NCBI GenBank assembly: GCA_965203515.1
Contig: OZ241907.1
Coordinates: 989,730 to 1,053,729 of the forward strand
Length of the DNA: 64,000 bases
Direction of reading: 5' to 3'
DNA from: Spirochaetia bacterium
GTDB lineage: Bacteria > Spirochaetota > Spirochaetia > SZUA-6 > Bin103
Positions 49,525-59,118 of this stretch are shown here, piece after piece (the first letter of the stretch is position 1; the number at the start of each line of letters is the position of its first letter). Under the pieces are notes generated by a model. That model did no database searches and had not been told where the DNA came from. It saw only the letters and a list, made by a program, of their open reading frames with translations. The translations under genes and the position numbers were made by a program.

Positions 49525-50331
49525 TCAGCTCGGCTCGATACCGAGCGCCAGCAGCGGCGCGATCATCTTGCGCAGCCGCGGGTCTTCCGACTCCGCGAAC
49601 GCGCGCGGCGCGGTGCTGGCGCCCATGGCGTTGCGGCGCTTCACCCAGCGCTTCTGGTGGCCGGAGATCGGGTTCGCCATGAACGCGAACGAGAGCTGAC
49701 GGCGCACGCCCGCGGCGCCGAACGCCGCGTGCGGCAGGTCCTCGGTGAACACGCACGCGTCGCCCAGCCGCGACGGCAGCGGCAGGTGCGGCACGTCCTG
49801 CGGGGCGATCCCCCACGGCAGTTCCGCCTGCAGGGTGCGGTTGCGGATCGGAAACAGATAGTCCGGCACGCCGACCCACCGGGAGTCGATCGACTCGAGC
49901 AGGTTGCGGTGCCCGCCGGGAACGATGCGCAGGCAGCCGTTGGTCTCGTCCAGGTCGTCCAGATAGAACGAGACCTTGATCGTGGCGAGCGGTTTCCGCA
50001 CGACGCCGCTGGCGCCATGCCACGGGGTATCGCCCACGTGCCACTGCGCGTCCGAGGCTTCGTAGGTGAAGTCGTGGCCCAGGATCTTCGCCGGGATGTC
50101 GTACACCCGATCATCCAGCATCAAGGCGCGGACGCGCTCGTCGACCGCCGCCACGTCGCCGATGCCGCCGCCCTCTCCGTCTCCGGCGGTATCGTCCGGC
50201 ACCTGCCCGCGCTCGCGGCCGAGCCGTTCGAGCGCCGCGCGGATCGCCAGCGCCTCGTCACGGGTGAGCAGGCCGGGCAGCGGCAGGAAGCCGAAGGCGA
50301 TGAAGTGCCAGACGTCTTCGGTGCCGATCAC
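49525..50331 (-). CDS. PhyH-family dioxygenase (paralog 3 of a tandem triplet)
   Basis: GTG start VIGTEDVWHFIAFGFLPLPG overlapping the upstream stop (GTGA); HxD...H motifs (PWHGASG, HAAFG). Confidence 0.7.
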   Translation of the reverse strand: MIGTEDVWHFIAFGFLPLPGLLTRDEALAIRAALERLGRERGQVPDDTAGDGEGGGIGDVAAVDERVRALMLDDRVYDIPAKILGHDFTYEASDAQWHVGDTPWHGASGVVRKPLATIKVSFYLDDLDETNGCLRIVPGGHRNLLESIDSRWVGVPDYLFPIRNRTLQAELPWGIAPQDVPHLPLPSRLGDACVFTEDLPHAAFGAAGVRRQLSFAFMANPISGHQKRWVKRRNAMGASTAPRAFAESEDPRLRKMIAPLLALGIEPS

Positions 50332-51140
50332 GTGTCGGGTCCTCCCTCGGGAAAGCCGAGCCCCTGCAGGCCGGTCACCATCGCCCGCAACCGGGGGTTC
50401 CGGTGGGTGAGCAGGGAGCGGGGCTGATAGGCGCCGTCCGGCATCATCGCCGCGCGCGCCTTGAGGTGGATCACCTGATCCTCCCGCCACGGGAACTGCA
50501 GAAAGGAGATGGCGATCTGGCGCCGCGGGAACCGGGTGCCGAACGCGCAGTGCAGCAGGTTCTCCGGGAAGACCAGCACGTCGCCCGGCTCGGTCGCCAG
50601 CGCCTGGTGCGGCACCTCCTCCGGGGCGAGCCCGAACGGCGGGTGCTGCCAGATGACGTCGCGGTTCTTGAGCCCGAAGAAGTAGTCCGGCACGTCGTGC
50701 CAGATCGGGTCGCCTACCCAGAGCCAGTCCCGATGCGTGCCGGGGATCACCCGCAACGCGCCGCTGTCGCCGTCCAGCGAATCGAGGTAGAGCGCGATCT
50801 TGATGTGGCGCAACGGCCAGCGGATCACCGCCGAATCGGCGTGCCACGGCGAATCGGAACCGTAGATGCCGCAGTTGAACCCCTCGAGCTGGAACCGCTC
50901 GCCGAGCAGCGTGCCGGCGATGTCGTGGATCAGGTCGTGGGCCAGGAACCAGTCGCGCAGCTCCCGCGAGGACGCCGGGTCGGCGCCGGCGACCGCCGTC
51001 GTGTCGGGGTCGACGCCGGAGCGGCGGATCGCCGCGTCGAACTCGCGCTCGATGAACGCGGTCTCATCGGCGTCGAACGCCCGCCGCAGGTGCAGGAATC
51101 CGAACGCCTGGAAGAGCGCGGCCTGGTCGGCGCTCAGCAC
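50328..51140 (-). CDS. PhyH-family dioxygenase (paralog 2)
   Basis: MLSADQAALFQAFGFLHL...; SPWHADSA ... LLHCAFG motifs. Confidence 0.75.
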   Translation of the reverse strand: MLSADQAALFQAFGFLHLRRAFDADETAFIEREFDAAIRRSGVDPDTTAVAGADPASSRELRDWFLAHDLIHDIAGTLLGERFQLEGFNCGIYGSDSPWHADSAVIRWPLRHIKIALYLDSLDGDSGALRVIPGTHRDWLWVGDPIWHDVPDYFFGLKNRDVIWQHPPFGLAPEEVPHQALATEPGDVLVFPENLLHCAFGTRFPRRQIAISFLQFPWREDQVIHLKARAAMMPDGAYQPRSLLTHRNPRLRAMVTGLQGLGFPEGGPDT

Positions 51141-51967
51141 CGGGCTGCCTCCGGCGGCGCGGCCGCCGGCTCGAAGCCCAGCGCGCTCCAGCGAGCGGCC
51201 AGGTCGCGCAGCGCCGGGTCGGCGCTCGCCGCGACCGCCGGCGGCATCCGGAACTCGCCGCGGGAGCAGGCGTCGCGCTCGCGGAGGAAGTGTATCTGCG
51301 CTCCCGTGCGCGGCTCGGCCGCATAGGAGACCTCGATCAGCCGGCGCGGTTCGCGGACGCCCAGCGCCGCGTGCAGGACGTCCGGCGCGTAGACCACCAC
51401 GTCGCCCGGCTCCGTGGGCGCCGGGAACGCCGGCAGCCGTTCATCGGTGACGCCCAGGGCGTTGTGGTCCCACCGCATCTGCGGGTTGCGCAGGCCGTAC
51501 AGGTAGTCCGGCGCCTGCTGCCAGCGCGGGTCGAGCAGGCGCAGGTAGTTGCGGTGCGAGCACGGCACGAAGCGCAGGCAGCCGTCCCGGGCGCCGGCCC
51601 GGTCCAGGGCCACGGCGACCGTGACGCGCTGCAACGGCCAGGGCGGCAGCTCGCCGCCGCCCTGCCACGGCAGGTCCTCCGTCAGCCGGCGACAGCGCAC
51701 GTGCAGCGGCAGCGATCCGAAGCCCAGGAGCTTGCGCGGGAGGTCGGCGATGCGCTCGTCGGTCAGCAGCCGCAGGCCCAGGTCGTCCCGGCTGCCCCAG
51801 GGCGAAACGGGCCGCCAGCCGTCCTCGTCCGGGGCCGCGGCGGCGACGGCCGCGGCGACCGCGTCGAACTCGGCGGCGAAGCGTTCGACCTCGCCGGCGC
51901 TGAACACGCCGGGCAGGCGCAGGTAGCCGAAGGTGTTGAACAGGGATACCGGGCCGTAGTCGAGCAT
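51134..51967 (-). CDS. PhyH-family dioxygenase (paralog 1)
   Basis: Start MLDYGPVSLFNTFGYLRLPG at 51967; the long upstream ORF extension is alternate-frame shadow. Confidence 0.75.
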   Translation of the reverse strand: MLDYGPVSLFNTFGYLRLPGVFSAGEVERFAAEFDAVAAAVAAAAPDEDGWRPVSPWGSRDDLGLRLLTDERIADLPRKLLGFGSLPLHVRCRRLTEDLPWQGGGELPPWPLQRVTVAVALDRAGARDGCLRFVPCSHRNYLRLLDPRWQQAPDYLYGLRNPQMRWDHNALGVTDERLPAFPAPTEPGDVVVYAPDVLHAALGVREPRRLIEVSYAAEPRTGAQIHFLRERDACSRGEFRMPPAVAASADPALRDLAARWSALGFEPAAAPPEAARC

Positions 51968-51984
51968 CGGCGGCAGCTCGGCGG

Positions 51985-52692
51985 TCAGTCCGGGGTGTAG
52001 CCGGACGGCTCCAGCACCACCAGGGTCGGGTGGCCGGCCTTGAAGGATGGCAGCGGCAGCTCGATCGTGTGATGGCGCGGTCGCACCAGCGGGTCGTGCG
52101 AGCGGTGCGCCAGGAAGTCTTCGACCGGCGTCATGCCGAAGCCGAGCGGCGGCAGCTCGTAGTGCATCGGCAGCACCCAGCGGGGCGCCAGCGCCTCGAA
52201 CATGCGGTCCAGCTCGGCGAACTTCGGGGTCAGCTTCTGTCCGGCCAGCGCGAACAGCGCGTCGCACTTGCCGGCGAACGGCGCCAGCTCCGCCGCGGTC
52301 AGCTCGTAGCCCAGGTCGCCCATGTGCATCAGCCACAGGCCGCCGGCCTTGAAGGCGTACAGGGCGTTGTCCTGCGGGCCGCGCGGATGATCGCGCGCCT
52401 CCGTCGCTTCCACGGTGACGACCGGCTCGCCGCCGATCGCCGCGGACCGGCCGCGGGCGGCGTCCAGCGCGTTGATCACGCGCGGGCTGCCGGCTACCGA
52501 CTCGACCGCGGAGTGCGCCTCGTCGGTGAGCGAGCTGACGATGACGGTATCGGCGGCCAGCGGCTCCAGCGGCGGCAGGCCGAGCCGGGCGGGCGGATAG
52601 GGGTCGGTGACGATCGCCGGGCGGCCGTCGATCCAGATGCGAAAGCAGGCGTGGCCCACGAACTCGACGTTGACTGACATCGGTGGGATCAT
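51985..52692 (-). CDS. MBL-fold metal-dependent hydrolase
   Basis: MBL-fold-like layout: VGHACFRIWIDGRPAIVTDPYPP, conserved HMGD and a later His; 235 aa. Confidence 0.7.
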   Translation of the reverse strand: MIPPMSVNVEFVGHACFRIWIDGRPAIVTDPYPPARLGLPPLEPLAADTVIVSSLTDEAHSAVESVAGSPRVINALDAARGRSAAIGGEPVVTVEATEARDHPRGPQDNALYAFKAGGLWLMHMGDLGYELTAAELAPFAGKCDALFALAGQKLTPKFAELDRMFEALAPRWVLPMHYELPPLGFGMTPVEDFLAHRSHDPLVRPRHHTIELPLPSFKAGHPTLVVLEPSGYTPD

Positions 52693-52703
52693 AGGCCGCC
52701 ACC

Positions 52704-53588
52704 ATGATTCGGACCAGACCGTTCGGCAGCACCGGCCATCACAGCACGCTGACCCTGTTCGGCGGGGCGGCGTTCAAGCCGACCTCGACCGAGGCGGATG
52801 CGGAGCGCGCCCTCGACCTGCTGTTCCGGCACGGCGTCAACCACATCGACACCGCGCACGGCTACGGCGGCGGCAACTCGGAGACCTTGATCGGCGGCTG
52901 GATGGAGCGGCACCGCGACCGCTTCTTCCTGGCCACCAAGACCGGCGCGCGGACCGCGGCGGGCGCCCGCGAGCAGGTGGAGCTCTCCCGCCGCAGGCTG
53001 CGCAGCGATGCGATCGACCTCATCCAGTTGCACAGCCTGACGGCGGAGGAGGACTGGGCCGCCGCGATGGGCGCCGGCGGCGCGCTGGAAGCGCTGGTCG
53101 ACTCGCGCGAGCGCGGGCACGTACGCTTCATCGGGGTCACCGGCCACGGGCTGGCGGCGCCGCGCATGCACCTGCGCAGCCTGGAACGCTTCCCGTTCGA
53201 CGCGGTGCTGCTGCCGATGAACTTCGTCCTGGCTCGCGACCGGCGCTACCGCGCCGATTTCGACGCGCTCAAGGCGGTGTGCGACCGCCGCGGCGTGGCG
53301 GTGCAGATCATCAAGTCGACGGCGCGGCGGCCGTGGGCGGGGCGCGAGCGCGAGCGCGGCCCCTGGTACGAGCCGCTGGCCGCGCCGGAGGACATCGCGC
53401 GCGCCGTGGCCTACGCCCTGAGCTTCGCGCCGGCGTTCATCAACACGATGGCCGACCTCGACCTGCTGCGGCTGGTGCTGCAGGCGGCGGAGGCGCCCGG
53501 AGCGCGTCCGTCCGACGCGGAGATGGAGGCGATGGCCGGCGGCCGCGGCATGCAGCCGATCTTCGAGGAACTGGCGATGATCCACTGA
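52704..53588 (+). CDS. aldo/keto reductase
   Basis: AKR motifs (DTAHGYGGGNSE, IQLHS, IGVTGHG). Confidence 0.8.
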   Translation: MIRTRPFGSTGHHSTLTLFGGAAFKPTSTEADAERALDLLFRHGVNHIDTAHGYGGGNSETLIGGWMERHRDRFFLATKTGARTAAGAREQVELSRRRLRSDAIDLIQLHSLTAEEDWAAAMGAGGALEALVDSRERGHVRFIGVTGHGLAAPRMHLRSLERFPFDAVLLPMNFVLARDRRYRADFDALKAVCDRRGVAVQIIKSTARRPWAGRERERGPWYEPLAAPEDIARAVAYALSFAPAFINTMADLDLLRLVLQAAEAPGARPSDAEMEAMAGGRGMQPIFEELAMIH

Positions 53589-53590
53589 CC

Positions 53591-55207
53591 ATGCCGCATC
53601 GCACCTCGGTGGCGGCCGCGGTCGCCGGCGGCCTGCAGGCGGCCGGCATCGACACCGTGTTCGGTCTGCCCGGCGGCGAGAACGTCCACCTCTTGGAAGC
53701 GTTGCGGCGGACCGGCGTCCGCTTCGTGCTGAGCGAGCATGAGAACGCCGCCGCCTTCATGGCGTCGGCCGCCGCGCAGCTCACCCGCCGGCCGTCCGTC
53801 TGCCTGACCACCCTGGGACCGGGGGCGGTCAACTGCACCGCCGGTATCGCGCACGCCTTCCTGGACCGCTGCCCGGTGCTGCTGATCACGGCGCAGATGC
53901 CGGCAGGATTGCAGCCCCGGCACACGCACCAGCTCGTCGACCTGCACCGGCTGTTCGCGCCGATCACCAAGGCGACCCTGGACCTCGCGCCGGCCGGCGC
54001 CGCCGAGACCGTAGCGGAGGCGTTGCGCATCGCGTCGGCCGGGGTGCCGGGACCCGTCCACCTGCAGCTCTCCAACGACGTGGCCCGGCTCGACGCGGAG
54101 CCGGCCGCCGACGGCGGCGGCGCCTCCGCCGTCGATGCGCCGCCGCAGGTGGTGCCGGCCGACCTGGACCGCGCCGCCGCCGGCCTGGCCGCCGCCGAGC
54201 GGCCGGTGGTGGTCGCCGGGCTGGGTTTGGAGCCGGAGGCGCCCTACCGGGCGCTTCGCAGGTTCGCCGAGCGGCTCGGCGCGCCGGTCCTGTCGACTCC
54301 CAAGGCCAAGGGCGCGCTGCCGGCGTCCCATCCGCTCGGCTCGGAGACGATCGGCCTGACCCGCACCGACCCCGGCTACGATCTGATCGCGGAGGCGGAC
54401 CGGGTGATCGCGGTCGGCATGGACGTGGTGGAGGTGGTGCTGCCCTGGTCGGCGCCGGCGCCGGTGCTCTGGGTCGCGCCGCGGCGTGACCGGATCGGCG
54501 CGGCGGCGGCCGAGCAGGCGCTGATCGGCCCGGTCGGCGCGACCCTCGCGCAGCTGACCGAGCGTCTGCGCGAACCCCGGAGCTGGGGAGCCCGGCGCGC
54601 CGCCCACTACCGGCAGGCGCGCCGCAGCCGCAGCCGCGCGGCGGCGGACCGGGCGGCTGCCGGAACGATCGCGCCGCAGGAGGTCCTGCGGGAAGCGCGG
54701 GCGGCGCTGCCGCCGGATGCGGTGGTCGCCACCGACGTCGGCTCGCACAAGATCCTGGCCGCGCTGGAGTGGGACGCGGAGCTGCCCAACCGCTATCTGG
54801 TCTCCAACGGGTTGTCGGTCATGGGTTTCGGACCGGCGGCGGCGGCCGGCGCGGCGCTGGCCGGGCGCGCGCCGGTGCTGTGCGTGACCGGGGACGCCGG
54901 CCTGCTCATGTGCGCCGGCGGGCTTGCCACCCTGGCGCGGCTGTCGACGCCGGTGCTGCTGGTGGTGCTGGTCGATGGCGCCCTCGACCTGATCCGCGCG
55001 CACCAGCGGCGCGCCGGCGCGGAGCCGTTCGGCACGGAGTTTCCGGCTCCGGACGCCGCCCGGATCGGCGCGGCGTTCGGTCTGCCGGCGGTCACGGTCG
55101 GCGCCGCCGCCGAGCTGCGGGCGGAGCTGGCCCGCGCTCTGCAGCGGCCCGGCGCCAGCGTGATCGGCGTGCGGATCGACCCGGCGTGCTATCGGGGTTC
55201 GTTCTGA
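53591..55207 (+). CDS. thiamine-pyrophosphate-dependent enzyme (acetolactate-synthase-like)
   Basis: N-terminal Pyr domain (FGLPGGENVHLLEAL) and C-terminal PP-domain GDAGLLMC motif. Real ATG at 53591; the ORF's upstream extension overlaps the AKR in another frame. Confidence 0.8.
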   Translation: MPHRTSVAAAVAGGLQAAGIDTVFGLPGGENVHLLEALRRTGVRFVLSEHENAAAFMASAAAQLTRRPSVCLTTLGPGAVNCTAGIAHAFLDRCPVLLITAQMPAGLQPRHTHQLVDLHRLFAPITKATLDLAPAGAAETVAEALRIASAGVPGPVHLQLSNDVARLDAEPAADGGGASAVDAPPQVVPADLDRAAAGLAAAERPVVVAGLGLEPEAPYRALRRFAERLGAPVLSTPKAKGALPASHPLGSETIGLTRTDPGYDLIAEADRVIAVGMDVVEVVLPWSAPAPVLWVAPRRDRIGAAAAEQALIGPVGATLAQLTERLREPRSWGARRAAHYRQARRSRSRAAADRAAAGTIAPQEVLREARAALPPDAVVATDVGSHKILAALEWDAELPNRYLVSNGLSVMGFGPAAAAGAALAGRAPVLCVTGDAGLLMCAGGLATLARLSTPVLLVVLVDGALDLIRAHQRRAGAEPFGTEFPAPDAARIGAAFGLPAVTVGAAAELRAELARALQRPGASVIGVRIDPACYRGSF

Positions 55208-55228
55208 CCCGACCGGCGGACCGTCCGC

Positions 55229-56035
55229 TCAGTCGCGCGGCTCGAAGCCCAGGTCGACCAGCGGCTGCACCATCTTGCGCTTGCGGGGATCGTCGCTGTC
55301 GATGAAGCTGCGCGGCGGGCGCAGTTCGCCGTCGGAGCACGCCTGCCGCTGCTTGAGCCAGCGCCGCTGCTCGTCGTCGACCGGATTGGCCACGAACGAG
55401 ATGGCGAGCTGGCGCCGCACGCCGGAGACCCCGAACGCGGCGTGGGGAAGGTCTTCGGTGAAGACCAGCACGTCGCCCAGGCTCGACTCCAGCGGGACGT
55501 GCGGCACCTCCTGCGGGCGCAGCCCCCAGGGCCGGAAGTCGTCCCTGGTGTTGCGGTTGCGCAGCGGGAGGTAGTAGTCGGGCGCCTGCGCCCAGCGCGG
55601 GTCGACCAGCCGCAGGTAGTTGCGGTGGGCGCCCGGCACGACGCGCAGGCAGCCGTTCCGGGCGGTCAGGTCGTCCAGATAGATCGAGACCTTGATGTGC
55701 GGCAGGCCCCAGGTGATCACGCCGCTGCCGCCGTGCCAGGGGGTGTCGCCGACGTGCGCGGCGGCCGCGGAACCTTCGTAGATGAAGTCGTGACCCAGGA
55801 TCTTGCGGGGTACGTCGAGCAGCCGTTCGTCCCCGATCAGCGCCGCGTGGCGCTCCCCGCGTTCGCAGACGTGGGCGACCTGGCGCGGCTGCGAGCCGTC
55901 GAAATCGGGGTAATCCTCGCGCAGGAGGCGGTCGAACTCCTCCCGCAGGGCGGCCGCCTCGCCGCGGCTGAACAGGCCGCGTAGCGGCACGTAGCCGAAG
56001 GCGATAAAGTGCGTCACGTGATTGTCATCCACCAT
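55229..56035 (-). CDS. PhyH-family dioxygenase
   Basis: [21 protein letters not shown]-terminus like the other paralogs; TPWHGGSG ... HAAFG. Confidence 0.7.
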   Translation of the reverse strand: MVDDNHVTHFIAFGYVPLRGLFSRGEAAALREEFDRLLREDYPDFDGSQPRQVAHVCERGERHAALIGDERLLDVPRKILGHDFIYEGSAAAAHVGDTPWHGGSGVITWGLPHIKVSIYLDDLTARNGCLRVVPGAHRNYLRLVDPRWAQAPDYYLPLRNRNTRDDFRPWGLRPQEVPHVPLESSLGDVLVFTEDLPHAAFGVSGVRRQLAISFVANPVDDEQRRWLKQRQACSDGELRPPRSFIDSDDPRKRKMVQPLVDLGFEPRD

Positions 56036-56124
56036 ACCGATCCATCGGGCAGGGTCAGGGGCACCGTAGAACAACGGCGCGGCGCTGTGAACCTCACCGT
56101 GAACCGCGCCGGCCGGAGGCGGCC

Positions 56125-56874
56125 GTGAGCCGGCCGGTCGCGCTGGTGACCGGCGCCGGCAGCGGGGTGGGGCGGGCGACGGCGCTGGCGCTCTGCGGGC
56201 ACGGCTACACGGTCTACCTGGCCGGCCGGCGGGCCGACCGGCTCCGGGAGACCGCCCGGCAGGCGCAGGACCCGGAACGCGCGCTGGCGGCGCCCGCCGA
56301 CGTCACCGACGCCGACTCGGTAGCGGCGCTGTTCGACCGGATCCGACGGGATCTCGGCCGCCTCGATCTGTTGTTCAACAACGCCGGCGCCAACACGTCG
56401 GCGGTGCCGGCCGACGAGCTGGCCGTCGACCAGTGGCGAATGGTGATCGAGACCAACCTCACCGGGACTTTCCTGTGCACCCGGCAGGCGATGGCGCTGA
56501 TGAAGCGCCAGCGCCCGCGCGGCGGACGCATCATCAACAACGGCTCGGTCTCCGCGCAGGTGCCGCGCCCGCACGCCGCCGCCTACACGGCCGCCAAGTT
56601 CGGGGTGGCCGGCCTGACCCGGTCGACCAACCTGGACGGACGCGCCTTCGACATAGCCTGCGGCCAGATCGATATCGGCAACGCGGCGACCGAGATGACC
56701 GAACGGATGGACGACGGCGTCCTGCAGCCGGACGGCTCGCTGCGGCCGGAGCCGCGCATCGACGTGCGGCACGTGGCCGACGCGGTGCTCTACATCGCTT
56801 CGCTGCCGCTCGACGCCAACGTGCCGTCCATCACGGTGATGGCCACCGGCATGCCGATGTTCGGCCGCGGTTGA
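56125..56874 (+). CDS. SDR-family oxidoreductase
   Basis: TGAGSGVG Rossmann motif, NNAG, and YxxxK (YTAAK). Confidence 0.85.
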   Translation: MSRPVALVTGAGSGVGRATALALCGHGYTVYLAGRRADRLRETARQAQDPERALAAPADVTDADSVAALFDRIRRDLGRLDLLFNNAGANTSAVPADELAVDQWRMVIETNLTGTFLCTRQAMALMKRQRPRGGRIINNGSVSAQVPRPHAAAYTAAKFGVAGLTRSTNLDGRAFDIACGQIDIGNAATEMTERMDDGVLQPDGSLRPEPRIDVRHVADAVLYIASLPLDANVPSITVMATGMPMFGRG

Positions 56875-56948
56875 GTCGAGGCTCAGGCCGACGGCTGCCG
56901 GGTCGAACCGTACTTGCGGCGGACGCGCGACCTGACCACGCGCGGCCG

Positions 56949-57782
56949 TCAGTCGAAGGGCGCGACCGAACGCAGGAACGCGGCGCTCCGCGCGGCGGCC
57001 TCGCCAGGCCCGCTGAGACCCGCGAACGCCTGATGCACGGTCACGTAGCCGTCGTAGCCGGCGTCGGCCAGCGCCGCCAGGATGGCGCCGAAGGGCAGGC
57101 CGCCCTCCTCCCACATCGGCACGTGGTCGAACGCGACCGGTCCCCGGCACCAAGTATTCATGGTAGCTGATCCGCGCCCGTGGATACGGTGGTTCTGCAG
57201 GTAGACGTTGAAGACGTGCGGGGCAAGGCGGCCGATCGCCGGAGCCCCGTAGTCCTGACCGCAGTGGTCGAGATTCGCCGGCTCGTAGATCAGCCCGAAG
57301 TTGGGCCGGTCGATCGCCGCCAGCACCTCCAGCGACCGGTCGACCTCCTCGAACAGGCTGCGGGTATGGGACTGGTGCGCCAGACGGAGGCCGCGCTCGG
57401 CCGCCTGATCGGCGGCGCGCCGCGCGTGCGGGACGTCATCGTCCGACTTCATGCAGACGCGCAGCAGGTCGGCGCCCAACGCCTCGGCCAGATCGAGGTA
57501 GGGGCCGATGCCGCGCAGCGCCTCCGGGCCGCGCCGGTCGTCGTTCTCCGGGATCGGGAAGTCACCGGTCACCATCGACACGGCCAGTCCGGCTGCGTCC
57601 AGGGTCTGTCGGGCGCGGCGCACCTCGGCCGGCGGCGTATGCGTGCCGAGCTGCGAGGCGCGCATGCAGAGCGCCGCGTAGCCGTTGCCGGTGGCGATCC
57701 GGGCAAGATCGGCCAGGGAGGCGGTGGCGCGCCGCTTGTCGTCGAACGCCTCCGCCACCCGTACGGAGAGCGCCAGCTTCAC
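56949..57782 (-). CDS. sugar phosphate isomerase/epimerase (xylose-isomerase-like TIM barrel)
   Basis: 277 aa with the AP-endonuclease-2/TIM-barrel layout. Confidence 0.7.
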   Translation of the reverse strand: MKLALSVRVAEAFDDKRRATASLADLARIATGNGYAALCMRASQLGTHTPPAEVRRARQTLDAAGLAVSMVTGDFPIPENDDRRGPEALRGIGPYLDLAEALGADLLRVCMKSDDDVPHARRAADQAAERGLRLAHQSHTRSLFEEVDRSLEVLAAIDRPNFGLIYEPANLDHCGQDYGAPAIGRLAPHVFNVYLQNHRIHGRGSATMNTWCRGPVAFDHVPMWEEGGLPFGAILAALADAGYDGYVTVHQAFAGLSGPGEAAARSAAFLRSVAPFD

Positions 57783-57933
57783 GGTTGCGCCTCGGCCGGG
57801 CGGCGGTCACGGTGGGATCGGGTCATGCGCGCATGATACCCGGCGGCGGGCGCGCCGGGACAGGGTGACCGATTGGGGCCGGACGGAGGGGGGGTAGCCG
57901 CGCCGTTGCGGAACCGTTACACTCGCCCGCGAC

Positions 57934-58968
57934 ATGAGTTCCGCGGCGCCGCATGGCGGCGCAGGGTGGGGCGCGGACGACCTCCGATCGCTGCGCGCAG
58001 CCATCGCTCCGTATCGCAAGCCGTCGATGACGCGCACGTTGTGGAACGTCGGCAACTCGGTGCTGCCGTTCGTGGCGTGCATGACCGCGGCGGCGTTCCT
58101 GCTGCCGATCAGCTATCCGCTCTGCCTGCCGCTGATGGTGCTGGCGGCCGGCTTCAACATCCGCAACTTCATCATCATGCACGACGCCGGCCACGGGACG
58201 CTGTTCCGCAGCCGCCGGATGAACGGGCTGATCGGCCACGTGACCGGGATACTGACGCTGACGCCGCTGCGGGACTGGGCGCACAACCACGCGATCCACC
58301 ACGCCAGTTCGGGCAACCTGGACCGGCGCACCGATACCGACGTGAAGACGATCACGGTGCAGGAGTACCGGAATCGGACGCGGTGGGAGCGGCTGTGCTA
58401 CCGGTTGTACCGCAACCCGGTGGTGCTGCTGACGTTCGGGTCGGTGTGGACGTTCGTGTTCAACCATCGGCTGCCGAGGAAGATCACGAAGGGGAAGGGG
58501 CGCAGTTCGCTGTGGCTCACGAACGCGGGGATGGCGGTGACGGTGGCGGTGATGGTGTTGCTGGCGGGGTGGCGGTACGTGGCGCTGGTGTACCTGCCGA
58601 TGATCGGGCTGGCGGGAGTGATCGGGGTGTGGCTGTTCTACATGCAGCACCAGTTCGAGGATGCGTACTGGCGGCGGGACGGAGAGTGGCAGTACGGGGA
58701 GGCGGCGATGGAGGGAGCGTCGTACCTGCGGATGCCGGCGGTGCTGCAGTGGTTTACGGGGAACATCGGGTTTCACCACGTGCACCATCTGGACCCGCGG
58801 ATACCGTACTACCACCTGCCGAGCTGCCACCGGGCGCATCCGCTGATGGAGCGGGCGCCGGTGCTGACGGTGCTGGACACGGTGCTGTGCTTCCGGCGGA
58901 ACCTGTACGATGAGGAGCAGGGCCGCATGGTGAGCTTTCGCAGTCTGCGCGCCCAGCCCGCGGCCTGA
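57934..58968 (+). CDS. membrane fatty-acid desaturase
   Basis: Three His boxes (HDAGHG, HNHAIHH, HHVHH) with TM segments. Confidence 0.8.
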   Translation: MSSAAPHGGAGWGADDLRSLRAAIAPYRKPSMTRTLWNVGNSVLPFVACMTAAAFLLPISYPLCLPLMVLAAGFNIRNFIIMHDAGHGTLFRSRRMNGLIGHVTGILTLTPLRDWAHNHAIHHASSGNLDRRTDTDVKTITVQEYRNRTRWERLCYRLYRNPVVLLTFGSVWTFVFNHRLPRKITKGKGRSSLWLTNAGMAVTVAVMVLLAGWRYVALVYLPMIGLAGVIGVWLFYMQHQFEDAYWRRDGEWQYGEAAMEGASYLRMPAVLQWFTGNIGFHHVHHLDPRIPYYHLPSCHRAHPLMERAPVLTVLDTVLCFRRNLYDEEQGRMVSFRSLRAQPAA

Positions 58969-59118
58969 CCAAGCAAGCCCGGCCCGGCCTGACCGGCGGG
59001 CGAAGGTCCGCCGCCGTGAGAGGGTCCGCCGCCGTACCGGCACCGAGCGAGGATGGCGGGCAGGCGGCTCGTTTCCTACTGCCGCCCGGCCCCGGATCGG
59101 TACCTGTTGCACTTGGTA

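Noticed and set aside
48089-50044. 651-aa minus-strand ORF spanning the GHL10 gene
   Set aside because: Antisense to a gene with clear hydrolase motifs on the plus strand.
51985-52732. 532-aa minus-strand ORF read as a single PhyH protein
   Set aside because: Only the last 277 aa (from MLDYGPVSLF) are PhyH-like. The upstream part overlaps the MBL-fold gene in a different frame.
52607-53590. N-terminal 328-aa extension of the TPP-enzyme ORF
   Set aside because: It overlaps the aldo/keto reductase in another frame. The true start is the ATG at 53591, right after the AKR stop.
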